Positions 28,464-39,153 of a DNA stretch of 64,000 bases are shown here, in pieces (within the stretch, counting starts at the first letter, position 1; each line of letters starts with the position of its first letter). The translations under genes and the position numbers were made by a program. Origin of the DNA: Fidelibacterota bacterium (GTDB taxonomy: Bacteria; Fidelibacterota; Marinisomatia; Marinisomatales; UBA1611); NCBI GenBank assembly GCA_018649625.1, contig JABIHN010000040.1, positions 3,189 to 67,188 on the forward strand. The letters are read 5' to 3'. The notes beneath the pieces are model-generated. The model saw only the letters and a list, made by a program, of their open reading frames with translations. It was not told the origin of the DNA and did not search any database.

Positions 28464-29891
28464 CTATCTTTTTTTCGCCCTTGGAGTTAAATCTGTTAAA
28501 TCATTTACAAAGATAGGTTTTTTACTTTCAATACTATTTCGAGCTGCTATACCTGTTAATATTGACATGGATCCATCACGTGTTCCTGCATTAAGACCCA
28601 GTGGGTCTGGTGCATCAGGATTAATGAACAGATAATTAAGTAATCGACTATCTCCGCCACCGTGGCCACCTGAATAATGGGGAACCCGAATTTCTTCATA
28701 CTCTCCAAAATTATCCATAACCATAATTGGATCATATTTTTTAGTCTTGGCGTCCTTTTTCTGACTCATTTCTGTAGCATACACATTACGTTGATCTCTA
28801 TTATTATTTTGCCAAGGAATCCCTTCCCAAGCTTCGATGCGACCTTTCGTTCCATTAAAGGAAATACGAAATCCTTCATAGGGTGAATAGGTTGTGAGAG
28901 AATAATTAGTTAAAACCTTATTTGCATGTTTAATCTGTAAACTCATTTTATCGTAAATATCAATATTTTTGCGCCATATGCAACCATCATGGATGTAGCC
29001 ATCATACTTTTCATTCTCAACATATAATTTCATATTATGGGATCTTGTTTTAATGTCATAATAGTAATCCCCGCATTCTGTTTTAAACTCACAATCAAGG
29101 CATCTATTACCACGAAAAGAATTGTTTTTACCGTAGAATTCCAAATCGCCCAAAGCGAAAACCATCTCAGGTTCAGAGTCGAGCCACCAGTTTAAAAGGT
29201 CAAAATGGTGCGTTGATTTATGGACCAAAAGTGTTCCCGAATTCTTTCGTTCACCATGCCATCTGCGAAAATATGATGCACCGTGGTACGTGTTGAGATA
29301 CCAATGGAAATCTACAGATACAATATCGCCGACTCTTTTTTCCATCATTAATTCTTTAATTTTCATTTTATAGGGTGCATACCGATAATTAAAAGTAACT
29401 GTAACTTTTTTCCCGGTTCTCTTTTCGGCATCTAATATAGCTTGGCATTTATGCTCATCCGTTGTCATAGGTTTCTCACTGATGATATCGGCCCCCATTT
29501 CCATACCTTTGATGATAAATGTATCATGAGTAGAATCCGTTGTGGTTACCACCAAAACATCTGGTTTTGTGGTTCGCATCATTTCTTCGAAATCTGTAAA
29601 GATGGGACAATCAGTGCCAATATATTTTTGAGCATATTTTAGTCGACCGATATTTTTATCACTTAAGCCAACAAATTCGACATAATCCGAATATTGGTTT
29701 TTTAGCGTTTCCCCAAACATACCTGTTCCGCGTTTTCCAGTTCCGACAAGAGCAAGACGAATTTTTTTGCTGGATGAACCTTCCATAAATGAATGTATAG
29801 GGTTTGCTAAAATTGAGCCAGTAGCCAGCACGCCGGTGGTGGCGATAAAGTTTCTACGTGAAATGGGTTTACTTCTTTTTGTGTCTGACAT
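28464..29891 (-). CDS. Tat-exported Gfo/Idh/MocA-family oxidoreductase
   Basis: Twin-arginine signal SRRNFIATTGVLATGS; Rossmann LALVGTGKRGTG; ISEKPM motif. Confidence 0.85.
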   Translation of the reverse strand: MSDTKRSKPISRRNFIATTGVLATGSILANPIHSFMEGSSSKKIRLALVGTGKRGTGMFGETLKNQYSDYVEFVGLSDKNIGRLKYAQKYIGTDCPIFTDFEEMMRTTKPDVLVVTTTDSTHDTFIIKGMEMGADIISEKPMTTDEHKCQAILDAEKRTGKKVTVTFNYRYAPYKMKIKELMMEKRVGDIVSVDFHWYLNTYHGASYFRRWHGERKNSGTLLVHKSTHHFDLLNWWLDSEPEMVFALGDLEFYGKNNSFRGNRCLDCEFKTECGDYYYDIKTRSHNMKLYVENEKYDGYIHDGCIWRKNIDIYDKMSLQIKHANKVLTNYSLTTYSPYEGFRISFNGTKGRIEAWEGIPWQNNNRDQRNVYATEMSQKKDAKTKKYDPIMVMDNFGEYEEIRVPHYSGGHGGGDSRLLNYLFINPDAPDPLGLNAGTRDGSMSILTGIAARNSIESKKPIFVNDLTDLTPRAKKR

Positions 29892-29928
29892 AAGTTTCTC
29901 CTTTATTGTCGAATCTAATCCCTGTTTC

Positions 29929-31035
29929 TTATTCTTTTAATCCTGGGTTCCAAATAGTGGCAGCAATGTGCCGTTCCTTGCCAGATTTATCTTTAAAATA
30001 ATAAACAGACACACACATTCCGTCCGGTCGTTGCACCGTTCGTGGATAACCTAAATCCCACACATCTCCATCTCCACGAACAACAAACTCATCCCCCCAA
30101 GTGACGCCGTCATCATTACTTATTTTAGCACGAACACCAAAAAATGAAGGTTTTCTCCAGCCATAGGTAAGAGCAATTCTACCATCTTTCAGGCGAATCA
30201 TATGAGCCGGATTTCCAAAGTTATCAATATATGGTTCTTTCAACGCATGCCAGCTTTTTCCATCATCTGCTGATAGAAATGCTTCAAGCCACCAGCGCTT
30301 GGTTCCATCAAAAAATCCACCCCGGCGAATGATACTTAAGAATGCACCACTATTTAATCGCAGAGTGGAAGGCATAATGGCATACCCATATGATTCTATT
30401 GGTGGCTGTGGACCAATCCATCCTATCAACTCCCATGTTTTGCCACCATCAATAGTGCGAGCACAAAACGGCCATCCTTGAACTCCATCATCTTTTGGTG
30501 ACGTGAGAAACACATTCATATCATGTTTTCCATTTATAATATAATCGGTGCGTGCCATAATTTCTGTTCGGCCAAATAATGGGAATTTAAAAGGTCCGAT
30601 CCAATTTTTTGCACGATCGGTACTATAATAAAATCGAGCATTCCCCGGAGAAAACTTGAATGCAAAATCGGGGTGATTGAAATTAATGCCACCTTCGCAA
30701 TCAAAAGCATCTCCACCTGTTGAACCATCAGGGCCAATGACCAAAAGTTCTTCAATAACCCAGGTTTCGCCACCATCCATACTTCGAGCTTGACGATTGG
30801 ATGTAGGTCCTTTTATAGGGTGCCCACCTTCATTACTATCATCATGATGGCCCCAAGCAAATCCGACCACAATTTCATCTCCCCAATTCCAGATGCCGTG
30901 GTTGGCAGGCCAGCCACCAAAACGATCTTTTTCTTTAAGTACAATTATATTTTTAGCAACGGATGGTTCTTCTGCTATGGATAAAACTGGAAAAAGCGCT
31001 ATTGTCAATAATAGCTTTGTAAGTTTATTAGTCAT
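29929..31035 (-). CDS. Secreted BNR/Asp-box six-bladed-propeller protein (sialidase-superfamily-like; catalytic assignment uncertain)
   Basis: Asp-boxes SMDGGETW, STDRAKNW, TIDGGKTW, SADDGKSW, SNDDGVTW; signal peptide. No F/YRIP motif seen. Confidence 0.65.
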   Translation of the reverse strand: MTNKLTKLLLTIALFPVLSIAEEPSVAKNIIVLKEKDRFGGWPANHGIWNWGDEIVVGFAWGHHDDSNEGGHPIKGPTSNRQARSMDGGETWVIEELLVIGPDGSTGGDAFDCEGGINFNHPDFAFKFSPGNARFYYSTDRAKNWIGPFKFPLFGRTEIMARTDYIINGKHDMNVFLTSPKDDGVQGWPFCARTIDGGKTWELIGWIGPQPPIESYGYAIMPSTLRLNSGAFLSIIRRGGFFDGTKRWWLEAFLSADDGKSWHALKEPYIDNFGNPAHMIRLKDGRIALTYGWRKPSFFGVRAKISNDDGVTWGDEFVVRGDGDVWDLGYPRTVQRPDGMCVSVYYFKDKSGKERHIAATIWNPGLKE

Positions 31036-31054
31036 TTTATTTCTCTTTAAAAAA

Positions 31055-33625
31055 TTATTCTGAAAATGTAAATGGAGAACTCATTCGAATATCACGGGAT
31101 GAACTGCCAACCAAGATGTCAAATTTTCCTGATTCTATGACCCATTTCTTTTGTTCCGGATGATAAAATGTAAATGCGTCGCGATTTAATGTTATTGCGA
31201 TTGTTTTTGATTCTCCCGGATTTAAAGCTACACGTTGAAATCCTTTCAATGCTTTTGGTTCTCGTTCAACACTTGATTCTACATCACTCACATAAACTTG
31301 AACCACTTCTTCACCAAAAGTTTTCCCCGTATTTTTTATAGTTGCTGAAATAATATACATTTGACCACCGGGGTTAGCTCGGACATTATCAATGACTAAA
31401 TCACTATATTCAAATTGCGTGTATGAAAGTCCATGACCAAAAGAGAATAATGGTATTACATTATTTTTATCATAATGGCGGTACCCCATAAAAATGCCTT
31501 CAGAGTATTCTGCGAATGCTTTGACACCGGGATAGGTGTTTATCACAGGTGTATCTTCCCATCTATTAGGAAAGGTGAGTGGAAGGCGCCCTGAAGGATT
31601 TACATCTCCAAATAAAATATCCGCCAATGCGTTTCCGCCTTCTTGCCCCGGATAAAATGCATCCACTACAGCTGGAATTTCATTCAGCCAATCATTCATC
31701 AAAATAGGAGTGGCATTATTGAGTACCACTACAACATTGGGATTTACCTTCGTCACAGCTTTGATTAGATTCACTTGGTCGATGGGTAATCCCAGCTGAT
31801 CTCGATCTACGGCTTCGCCTTCCATGAACATATCGAGTCCCATTGCCATGATCACTACATCAGCATTTTTTGCAATGGCAATTGCCTTGTCTTGAACATT
31901 CCCCGGATTAAATGGCGCAAACCCCAGTTTGCAACGGCAACTACCAATATTTTCATAGAAGTCCACCTGCAGATCATATAAATGGTCTTTTTCAAATTTG
32001 AATCGAATAATTTTGAATTGACCTGGTTTGGAATCAATCCAATAGTCTAATACTTTTTTCCCATCCAAATACATCCGTACACCATTATCAGAGCGGAGTC
32101 CGATTTCGTACCACCCTTCCCCAGGAGAGACGAATTTTCCTGTCCATCGTGCAGACCATTTATCCATGTTTACAATATCTGGGTCGGGAGATCCCATATT
32201 ATTTGGGTCGCGGCTCCCACCATAGCCCCAATCATTATTAATATCTTTTTCAACACGTGTTAAAACGGGATCGCCTTCTTGTTCTTTATTGTTAAAATAT
32301 TCAGCATAAATACCTGGACTACCATCGTCTAATTGAAAATATTCCGGTCCCGCGATGGGTAATTCTTTGCTGTCCACAGCCACACCCCGCTCAAACTGAA
32401 TATCAACAGTATCTTCCAATTTATTTTTTAGACCATCGAACGGAGAAATGCCGTAATGGCCAGTTAATGCACCACTTCCACCAGCATGCATTTGAGCCAC
32501 ATTGCCATTGGGCCCTACAACGGCGATGGACTTAATGTTTTCTTTATCTAAAGGTAGAAAATTGTTTTCATTTTTCAATAATACGATACTTTTTTGAGCT
32601 GTCTCCAATGCTAATTGTTGTCGTTCTGGCGTGTTGGAAATATCATCAGCATATGGATTATCATTTGAATCAAATAATCCTATTTTCATCATGACTCTTA
32701 AAATTCGTCTAACTTTATCATTAATATTATCTTGAGAAATAATTCCAGAATCAATTGAAGGAATCATAGTTTTGTTATAATATTTTCCGGTGGGCATTTC
32801 CAGATCTAATCCTGCGTTGGCCATTTTGACTAATGAACGCGACGCACCCCAATCAGACACAACTGCACCTGTGAATCCCCATTCATCTTTGAGTACATCA
32901 TTAATCATGGCATTACTTTCGGAAGCATAATCGCCTAAAATTTGATTATAGGCGGTCATAATTGCCAGTCCACCTGCTTCTTTAACTGCAGCTTTGAAGG
33001 GTGGAAAATAGATTTCCTGCAATGCGCGATCGCTGATTCTTGAGTCTACATCGAAGCGATTCCATTCCTGATTGTTTCCTACGAAATGTTTAGCGCAAGT
33101 AACCACACTTTTGGACTGAACACCTTTCACAAATTCTACTGTCATGCGAGATGCAAGGAATGGATCTTCGCCAAAACTTTCGAAGGTACGTCCACCATGG
33201 GGTGCGCGTGCAATATCTAAACAAGGGCCTAACAACATATTGAACCCTTTGATACGAGTTTCTTCGCCAATATTGTTTGCCACACGACTCATAAGGTCGG
33301 TATCAAAGCTGGCAGCCAAATTTATCATGGATGAATAATTGGTAGATGGTCCGCCAGAATTGGGTCCCAAAGGCCCATCAGTCATAATGAGTTCTGGAAT
33401 ATTTAGTCTTTCATTCCTTTTTGTCTTAAACCCTGCACCACCAATGAGTTCGACTTTTTCATCTAATGTCATTTTTTGTAGGATAGCATCAATATTTTCT
33501 TCCATATTTTGATGCATTATTTCTGCTTCGGATATGGGCGGCTGGCAGCCGTTAAAAGTTATTAATAGTAGAAATGGTAGGATTTTTAATTTCACTTTTA
33601 TCCTCGTATTGTTAAATTTTTCCAA
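31055..33625 (-). CDS. GH3 beta-glucosidase-like glycoside hydrolase with inserted PA14 domain
   Basis: Motifs GPCLDIARAPHGGRTFESFGEDP, KHFVGNNQE and the nucleophile context VVSDWGA. PA14 insert WSARWTGKF..SDNGVRMYLDGKKVLDYW; C-terminal GHGLSYT; lipobox FNGC. Confidence 0.9.
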   Translation of the reverse strand: MEKFNNTRIKVKLKILPFLLLITFNGCQPPISEAEIMHQNMEENIDAILQKMTLDEKVELIGGAGFKTKRNERLNIPELIMTDGPLGPNSGGPSTNYSSMINLAASFDTDLMSRVANNIGEETRIKGFNMLLGPCLDIARAPHGGRTFESFGEDPFLASRMTVEFVKGVQSKSVVTCAKHFVGNNQEWNRFDVDSRISDRALQEIYFPPFKAAVKEAGGLAIMTAYNQILGDYASESNAMINDVLKDEWGFTGAVVSDWGASRSLVKMANAGLDLEMPTGKYYNKTMIPSIDSGIISQDNINDKVRRILRVMMKIGLFDSNDNPYADDISNTPERQQLALETAQKSIVLLKNENNFLPLDKENIKSIAVVGPNGNVAQMHAGGSGALTGHYGISPFDGLKNKLEDTVDIQFERGVAVDSKELPIAGPEYFQLDDGSPGIYAEYFNNKEQEGDPVLTRVEKDINNDWGYGGSRDPNNMGSPDPDIVNMDKWSARWTGKFVSPGEGWYEIGLRSDNGVRMYLDGKKVLDYWIDSKPGQFKIIRFKFEKDHLYDLQVDFYENIGSCRCKLGFAPFNPGNVQDKAIAIAKNADVVIMAMGLDMFMEGEAVDRDQLGLPIDQVNLIKAVTKVNPNVVVVLNNATPILMNDWLNEIPAVVDAFYPGQEGGNALADILFGDVNPSGRLPLTFPNRWEDTPVINTYPGVKAFAEYSEGIFMGYRHYDKNNVIPLFSFGHGLSYTQFEYSDLVIDNVRANPGGQMYIISATIKNTGKTFGEEVVQVYVSDVESSVEREPKALKGFQRVALNPGESKTIAITLNRDAFTFYHPEQKKWVIESGKFDILVGSSSRDIRMSSPFTFSE

Positions 33626-35772
33626 ACGACTTTACTTCTTCCCGCTAAATCGGTAGTGGCAACTCGCAAACGATATTCTCCCGGTTGATTGACCGTGAAT
33701 TTAAATTCCACATCTACAGAATTATTCTTTTCTGTCACAGTGTAATTAAATCGTTCATCCCAAAAAGCAGTGTAATCTTCATCTTCAGGCCCGAATAATT
33801 CCCATAGAATATATTGATTTACGTTTATTCCATCATGATTCACACCGCGGGTAAAATAAACCGGGGCAGATCCTTCCACGACATTCACTGTAACAGTGAT
33901 AGCTCCTGCCGTTTGGACATTTCCACCAAGAATATTAACATCTAATTTTGGTGGATTACCTTCAGAACGGGTTGGAGTTCGTACTGAATTAAGAATGGTG
34001 GTTTTTCCATTTTTCATAACCCCAACTTTCCCATCTTTACGTATATTGATAATCTCACTGTATTCACTGAAATCAAATCCATCCAAATTCCAGAATGCAT
34101 CAAATTCAATTCCCAATCGTAGGCAACGTTCAACTTCTATATAAAAATTGCTCATGACGGTCCCATGTTTTACACTTTTGGTATTTAAGCGTTCACGGTT
34201 TAATTCTCCTAATCCACTAATATGGCCGATTCCCATTTTCACGTGCCCCATATTGTAGCCCGGGGGAATCAAAATTGCCACATCTGCTGCTTGTTTCAGT
34301 TTATCCAAATTGCGATTGAGATACCGTTCCGCATGTTCTCTCAAATGTTTGCTCATGGATAAGTATTCGGGGTAAGGGACGGCTGCCATTTGGTAACTGT
34401 CCCAATACATAAAAATTGTAGCGCCCTGATCATAAGCATGGGTTAAATACCATGGTGCATCTGCTCGATTTACTTGACCGTAAATACTCATGCCCCATTC
34501 TTTGTCTGTCATTCGAGCGGCGCCCCGTAAAAATCCATTCATCATGCTAATGAGATTTTTTGGATTATCTACAGGAATTTGACAATCGAAGCACATATTC
34601 AGTTCGGGTAAAATACGTTTTGTACCAAATCGTCCAGGTGTTTCAAAAACCATGGCATAGGGTGGAGAAGTATTTCCTTCTGATAATTGATATAATGCGG
34701 ACGCTGGCATGGTCTCCCAAGAATAAATATTTTGTTGTAAAAATTTCATATTACCCACATCCACATCTTCTCGTTGGGATAATCCATTGATGAGAGAAGT
34801 AGGACCATGAACATATTTCTTTTTACGGTATACCTTTTTAAATGCTTCAAAAAAGTCGTTAACGGTGACTGTCTTGCGAGAATCAGGATTTTCTTGAAAC
34901 ATGGGGCGCATGGAATGGTCTCGCGTAACAACCATGGGTTCATCAAAGAAAATGACGGGACCAATATAATTACTTCGATAAAGGGATTCTGGGTAGGAAA
35001 TATCTTTGCCACCAATACCCCAGAAATAAACATTTTCATTTTCGACCCATTTCACCTGTTTCGAATTCACGTTGAAATAATTCATTCCATGGGCAACCAT
35101 TTCCATATAATTCGCTTTGGTCAGCTGAACATATTCATAATCTGTTTCGTTCCAGCGACGCGCTTCATCTTTAATCTTTTGATTGTGGGGCACGCCAATG
35201 ATCAGGTCTGGGGTTAGTTCTATAAGATGGGGCGATTTTGGTTCTTTTACTGAATGGTCAGTGTCTGATGATGTAAGTCTATAATCATGTCCAAGTAGAG
35301 AGACTATTTCACTATTGGATGTAAATGGATTCTCGCTGTCTGGCGATCTGGGCAATAAATATTCCCAAGCACCCGTGGTAGGCAAGATAGGATTGCCTCG
35401 GCTTTCGTCAGAAAATTCGATGGGTTTTTCATTTCTTTTTTGAATAATGTAGCGCAACATATGCTCTTGAGCAATATCCCTTGATAATGATGGATATTCA
35501 GATGAAAGAGCCCAAATTGAGTAGGAGTGGTTATTATTTTTCGTACCGACTATTTGTAACCATTGATAATCATTATTATTGTGATTTTCCACTTCACCCA
35601 GGGTGATATAAATTTGTTTTACAACTGATTTTGGCAGGCTATTGTTCTTTACGGTATAAGTAACATGTGTCCCCGGTATTCCAATGGGATATTTAATATT
35701 GGCACCAAATACAAAGTGAAACAGATTTAAAAAAAGGATGAATGGATATAGATATTTGAATTGTTGTTTCAT
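33598..35772 (-). CDS. Secreted protein of unknown function with C-terminal Ig-like beta-sandwich
   Basis: Signal peptide; 724 aa with no motif I can assign; overlaps the GH3 start by 28 nt. The C-terminal ~110 aa (AITVTVNVVEG...YRLRVATTDLAGR) looks Ig/PKD-like. Confidence 0.5.
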   Translation of the reverse strand: MKQQFKYLYPFILFLNLFHFVFGANIKYPIGIPGTHVTYTVKNNSLPKSVVKQIYITLGEVENHNNNDYQWLQIVGTKNNNHSYSIWALSSEYPSLSRDIAQEHMLRYIIQKRNEKPIEFSDESRGNPILPTTGAWEYLLPRSPDSENPFTSNSEIVSLLGHDYRLTSSDTDHSVKEPKSPHLIELTPDLIIGVPHNQKIKDEARRWNETDYEYVQLTKANYMEMVAHGMNYFNVNSKQVKWVENENVYFWGIGGKDISYPESLYRSNYIGPVIFFDEPMVVTRDHSMRPMFQENPDSRKTVTVNDFFEAFKKVYRKKKYVHGPTSLINGLSQREDVDVGNMKFLQQNIYSWETMPASALYQLSEGNTSPPYAMVFETPGRFGTKRILPELNMCFDCQIPVDNPKNLISMMNGFLRGAARMTDKEWGMSIYGQVNRADAPWYLTHAYDQGATIFMYWDSYQMAAVPYPEYLSMSKHLREHAERYLNRNLDKLKQAADVAILIPPGYNMGHVKMGIGHISGLGELNRERLNTKSVKHGTVMSNFYIEVERCLRLGIEFDAFWNLDGFDFSEYSEIINIRKDGKVGVMKNGKTTILNSVRTPTRSEGNPPKLDVNILGGNVQTAGAITVTVNVVEGSAPVYFTRGVNHDGINVNQYILWELFGPEDEDYTAFWDERFNYTVTEKNNSVDVEFKFTVNQPGEYRLRVATTDLAGRSKVVWKNLTIRG

Positions 35773-35796
35773 AAGATTTAGGCCCTAATTGAGAAT

Positions 35797-38700
35797 TTAT
35801 TCTTTAAGCATATTTATCTTTATATTGGATAAGTGCCCACCATCCAATCGCCTTAATCTGGCGCATCCGCCCCAGCCACCACCTTCATTCACTATTTTCA
35901 TTAATAAAGTATTTTTACCTTTTTGCAAAGTGACTTCTTTTACATCTTCCCCTGCGGTAACACCACGACTTGCATCATTTACGTGAACTACTTGACCGTT
36001 CAGCCAAGTTTTAATGCCATCATTGCTACCCATTTCCAAGCGAACCGTTTGTTCTTCATCGGACCAAAACTCTGTTTCCATATAAATAGCTGCCACCATA
36101 CTTTTAATTATTTTAGCAAAATCCACATACCAATACCGGTTTGGATCAGAAAGTTTAGGCGCGATTGTCCAGTTTCTATAAATAGCTAACTCTGGGCCAA
36201 ATTTCGTATTAAAAATACTTTTATCCGTAGCCATAAAGGGTTCAGACATGCGCCATTCTGTTATATAATCATCAAAGATCTCAATCTGATTTAAAACTAA
36301 CTGTGCATTCTCTTGAATCGATTCATTAGATATATCCGAAATGATGTTTATCAAGACAGATTTGCATTCGATAGGATGTTCGGTGTGAATTCCATTGGCA
36401 ATACTAATGCAGGATGAAGCAGCTTCTGCTTTTATATCTGCCAAAAGTAAGTAGGTTTCGGCCATTTGAAATGCTGTTATGGACATGACCTTCGATAGTC
36501 CAGATAAAACGGCTTTTTTCTCTTGAATATTAGTTGCCAAAGCCATGGCCCGTTTATATAATTCATTCGTTGTTTCTGTAGTGCGGTCACTTTCTAATTC
36601 GATGAGCCTGATTATTCCACGAAGTGCTAATGTTTTATGACCTTGGATTTTGGCATTTTCCGTCACATCAAATAATATGGGAAGTGGTGAATCATTTTTC
36701 CATTCGGATAAAGCTTTAATAGCAGATTTTCGAATGTTTTTTTCGTCATGATTTAAAAACCCAAGTAGAGATTCGTAAGCTGGTTCGTATCCCAGTTGGC
36801 CTAAGATATGAATGGCCGTTTGTTTTGGCATGAATGAAATAGCATCCAATTGATTCATAATTTCTAAACCTACAGAATCATTTAGGTTATTTCGTTCTGC
36901 CATGATGACAATTGCTTTTTCCAATTCATCTCGATCTCTATCTGATTTTGAATGTTTCAGCAGATTTACCATTTCAAAAATGTGTGGTTTACTTGCAATA
37001 AAACGAAGTGCTTTTACAGATTCAACCCGAAGTGAAGCGTTGGTATTATTTGCCAAATTCAACATTAAATCAGCACCTTTAATAATTCGCCTTTTTTGAA
37101 CGGCTCGTATGAGTTCTATTTTCACTTTTTCTTTGGCATTTGGAATATTGGATAGAATTATATCATTAATATTGTTGCCATTAAGTCTGTATAAACTGTT
37201 TCGTGCGATAGTATGTTCTTTGCCTTTCCCATGAGCGGAGACATCTGCAAGCAAGGTAACGGACGATTCTAAATTAATATCTCCCAATGCATCTAATGCT
37301 GCCAAACGAACAGCATCATTTTCACTTTCTGTGGCTAACTTGATGGTTAAGAAGACTGTGGGGTAACCCCAAAATGGTGAAAGAGCAGAAATAAGTTGTA
37401 TCTGTCCATTCACAGGCAAGTGATTTACACTTTTGGCAACGATTGAAATATCATCGGAGTTTGTAAGTAGTGAAATGGACGAAATAGCTGTGGAAATTAT
37501 TTTTGGTTCCGATTCCTTTAATGCCTTCAGAATGATGAATCCTGCCTTTCCCGGTGATGATTGGATCAATCCACGAATGGCAGCCGATCGGATAACAGGA
37601 TTTTCATTGGGGCGGCTTAATTGAGTGAATATTTTTTTTGCCTTTTTAATTTCTCCGGATTTGAGCAATTGATTTCCACATTCAAGGTACGCATTCACTA
37701 GAGTTTCCCGTTGAGTTTCGGCGACTCTTTTGAGTGATTTCTTTAATATTTTTGCTGCTTTCCAAGTGCCGATATTTCCCAACGCAGTAGCGGAAGCAGT
37801 AGCGATATCAATATTATTTGACCAGATATATTTTTTCAATATTGAAACAGCATTCCTATCTTGTCTTGCGCCAAGCGTATTAATAATGCTTATTTTTACA
37901 TTATCATTCACAACTGATAATTTTCCCCGTAGAAGAGCATTTGTAGATTCACCGGGGATTCTTTTTAAAATATATAAAGCCGTTTCATAAAGATTAGGGT
38001 CATTGAATAATTTTGCGATTGATTCGGCTGAAGAAGGATCAGCAATAAGACTGTAATATTTCCCAATCACCTGCTTGGCAGGAGTGGATGCATCCGACAG
38101 TAAAAATGAAACCAATGATTTTTCAATTCGGGACAGATAATTCGGATTTCGATGTGCAACCCGAATCATATCTTCAATAACCGTTAGGTTTTTACGGTTA
38201 TCTCCGTAATTATAATTCTTTATGCTTTCCAGTACAGCGTCAAAATTTGGTTCAAAATATTTTTCCCAACTCCGAACCGTCACAGCATCAGGGAAATCCA
38301 ATGGAATTTCTTGAGTTACATTCCCCGTAGCAGCCCATTCTGTACCACGCTGAATTACAGTAATAAATCCACCACATTCTAAAGAACGATAGGGTACAGT
38401 GCCGGTTACATGACCCAATGGCGTATGAAAGACACGCCCCTTTCCATAATCTATAGTCATCATTACGGGCTCGTGTCGGCCACTGCCGTTTCGATCTGCG
38501 GGATTTGAATAAGCAGTTGCCAAAATCTGCATATTTTTTCCGAGCCCACGCAGATGGCTGTACAACTCATCTCTGCCGCGCATCCATTTTTCTGGTAATC
38601 CCTTTGTAATGGGATGATCCATATCACGGTTAATGACCTGAAATTCATGTTGGGGACCGTGTCCACCGGCTTCCCCGGGAGTCATGTCCCGAATGAATTT

Positions 38701-39153
38701 TCCATCCTGCCAATATATATAGGGGCCATCCTTTTCATCCCGATCACCCCAAGCACCAAGGCCAATGATGTCTAAATATTCGGGCCAGTCTCCAAAAGAA
38801 TTATTGGCTGCATGGACTAATACAACACCGCCACCGGATTTCACATAATCCACAAAGGCATCTTGAGTTTCTTTGGGCCATGATGCACCATTATAATCTA
38901 AAAATACCACATCATATTTATTGAAGTTTGGATGAAATATTTCTATTTCTTGACTCAAAGGTGGACGAATAGCCATGTCCACAGAAAATAATTCAGTTTG
39001 CTCCAAAATCTGTTTAAAGACAACGGAACTGACTTCCCATTTATGATTATTATGCCCGGTTACTATTAAGACTTTGTGTGGTGGCTTTACTGCCAAGAGA
39101 AGGGATATGGAAAAAATCCATATGGCGATTCTATTTCGGGTCAAATAGTCCAT
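35797..39153 (-). CDS. ThuA-like domain + extended HEAT-like repeat region + 152-aa C-terminal recurrent module
   Basis: ThuA pattern KVLIVTGHNNHKW...FNKYDVVFLDYNG..WP..TQ.AF..YV.SGGGVVLVHAANNSF..W.EY. HEAT/PBS-type repeats (AVRLAALDALGDI, ASLRVESVKALRFI, KNIRKSAIKALSEW). C-terminus WRMSEPF..VRLEMGSNDGIKTWLNG..GGGWGGCARLRRLDGG. No CxxCH motif. Confidence 0.75.
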   Translation of the reverse strand: MDYLTRNRIAIWIFSISLLLAVKPPHKVLIVTGHNNHKWEVSSVVFKQILEQTELFSVDMAIRPPLSQEIEIFHPNFNKYDVVFLDYNGASWPKETQDAFVDYVKSGGGVVLVHAANNSFGDWPEYLDIIGLGAWGDRDEKDGPYIYWQDGKFIRDMTPGEAGGHGPQHEFQVINRDMDHPITKGLPEKWMRGRDELYSHLRGLGKNMQILATAYSNPADRNGSGRHEPVMMTIDYGKGRVFHTPLGHVTGTVPYRSLECGGFITVIQRGTEWAATGNVTQEIPLDFPDAVTVRSWEKYFEPNFDAVLESIKNYNYGDNRKNLTVIEDMIRVAHRNPNYLSRIEKSLVSFLLSDASTPAKQVIGKYYSLIADPSSAESIAKLFNDPNLYETALYILKRIPGESTNALLRGKLSVVNDNVKISIINTLGARQDRNAVSILKKYIWSNNIDIATASATALGNIGTWKAAKILKKSLKRVAETQRETLVNAYLECGNQLLKSGEIKKAKKIFTQLSRPNENPVIRSAAIRGLIQSSPGKAGFIILKALKESEPKIISTAISSISLLTNSDDISIVAKSVNHLPVNGQIQLISALSPFWGYPTVFLTIKLATESENDAVRLAALDALGDINLESSVTLLADVSAHGKGKEHTIARNSLYRLNGNNINDIILSNIPNAKEKVKIELIRAVQKRRIIKGADLMLNLANNTNASLRVESVKALRFIASKPHIFEMVNLLKHSKSDRDRDELEKAIVIMAERNNLNDSVGLEIMNQLDAISFMPKQTAIHILGQLGYEPAYESLLGFLNHDEKNIRKSAIKALSEWKNDSPLPILFDVTENAKIQGHKTLALRGIIRLIELESDRTTETTNELYKRAMALATNIQEKKAVLSGLSKVMSITAFQMAETYLLLADIKAEAASSCISIANGIHTEHPIECKSVLINIISDISNESIQENAQLVLNQIEIFDDYITEWRMSEPFMATDKSIFNTKFGPELAIYRNWTIAPKLSDPNRYWYVDFAKIIKSMVAAIYMETEFWSDEEQTVRLEMGSNDGIKTWLNGQVVHVNDASRGVTAGEDVKEVTLQKGKNTLLMKIVNEGGGWGGCARLRRLDGGHLSNIKINMLKE

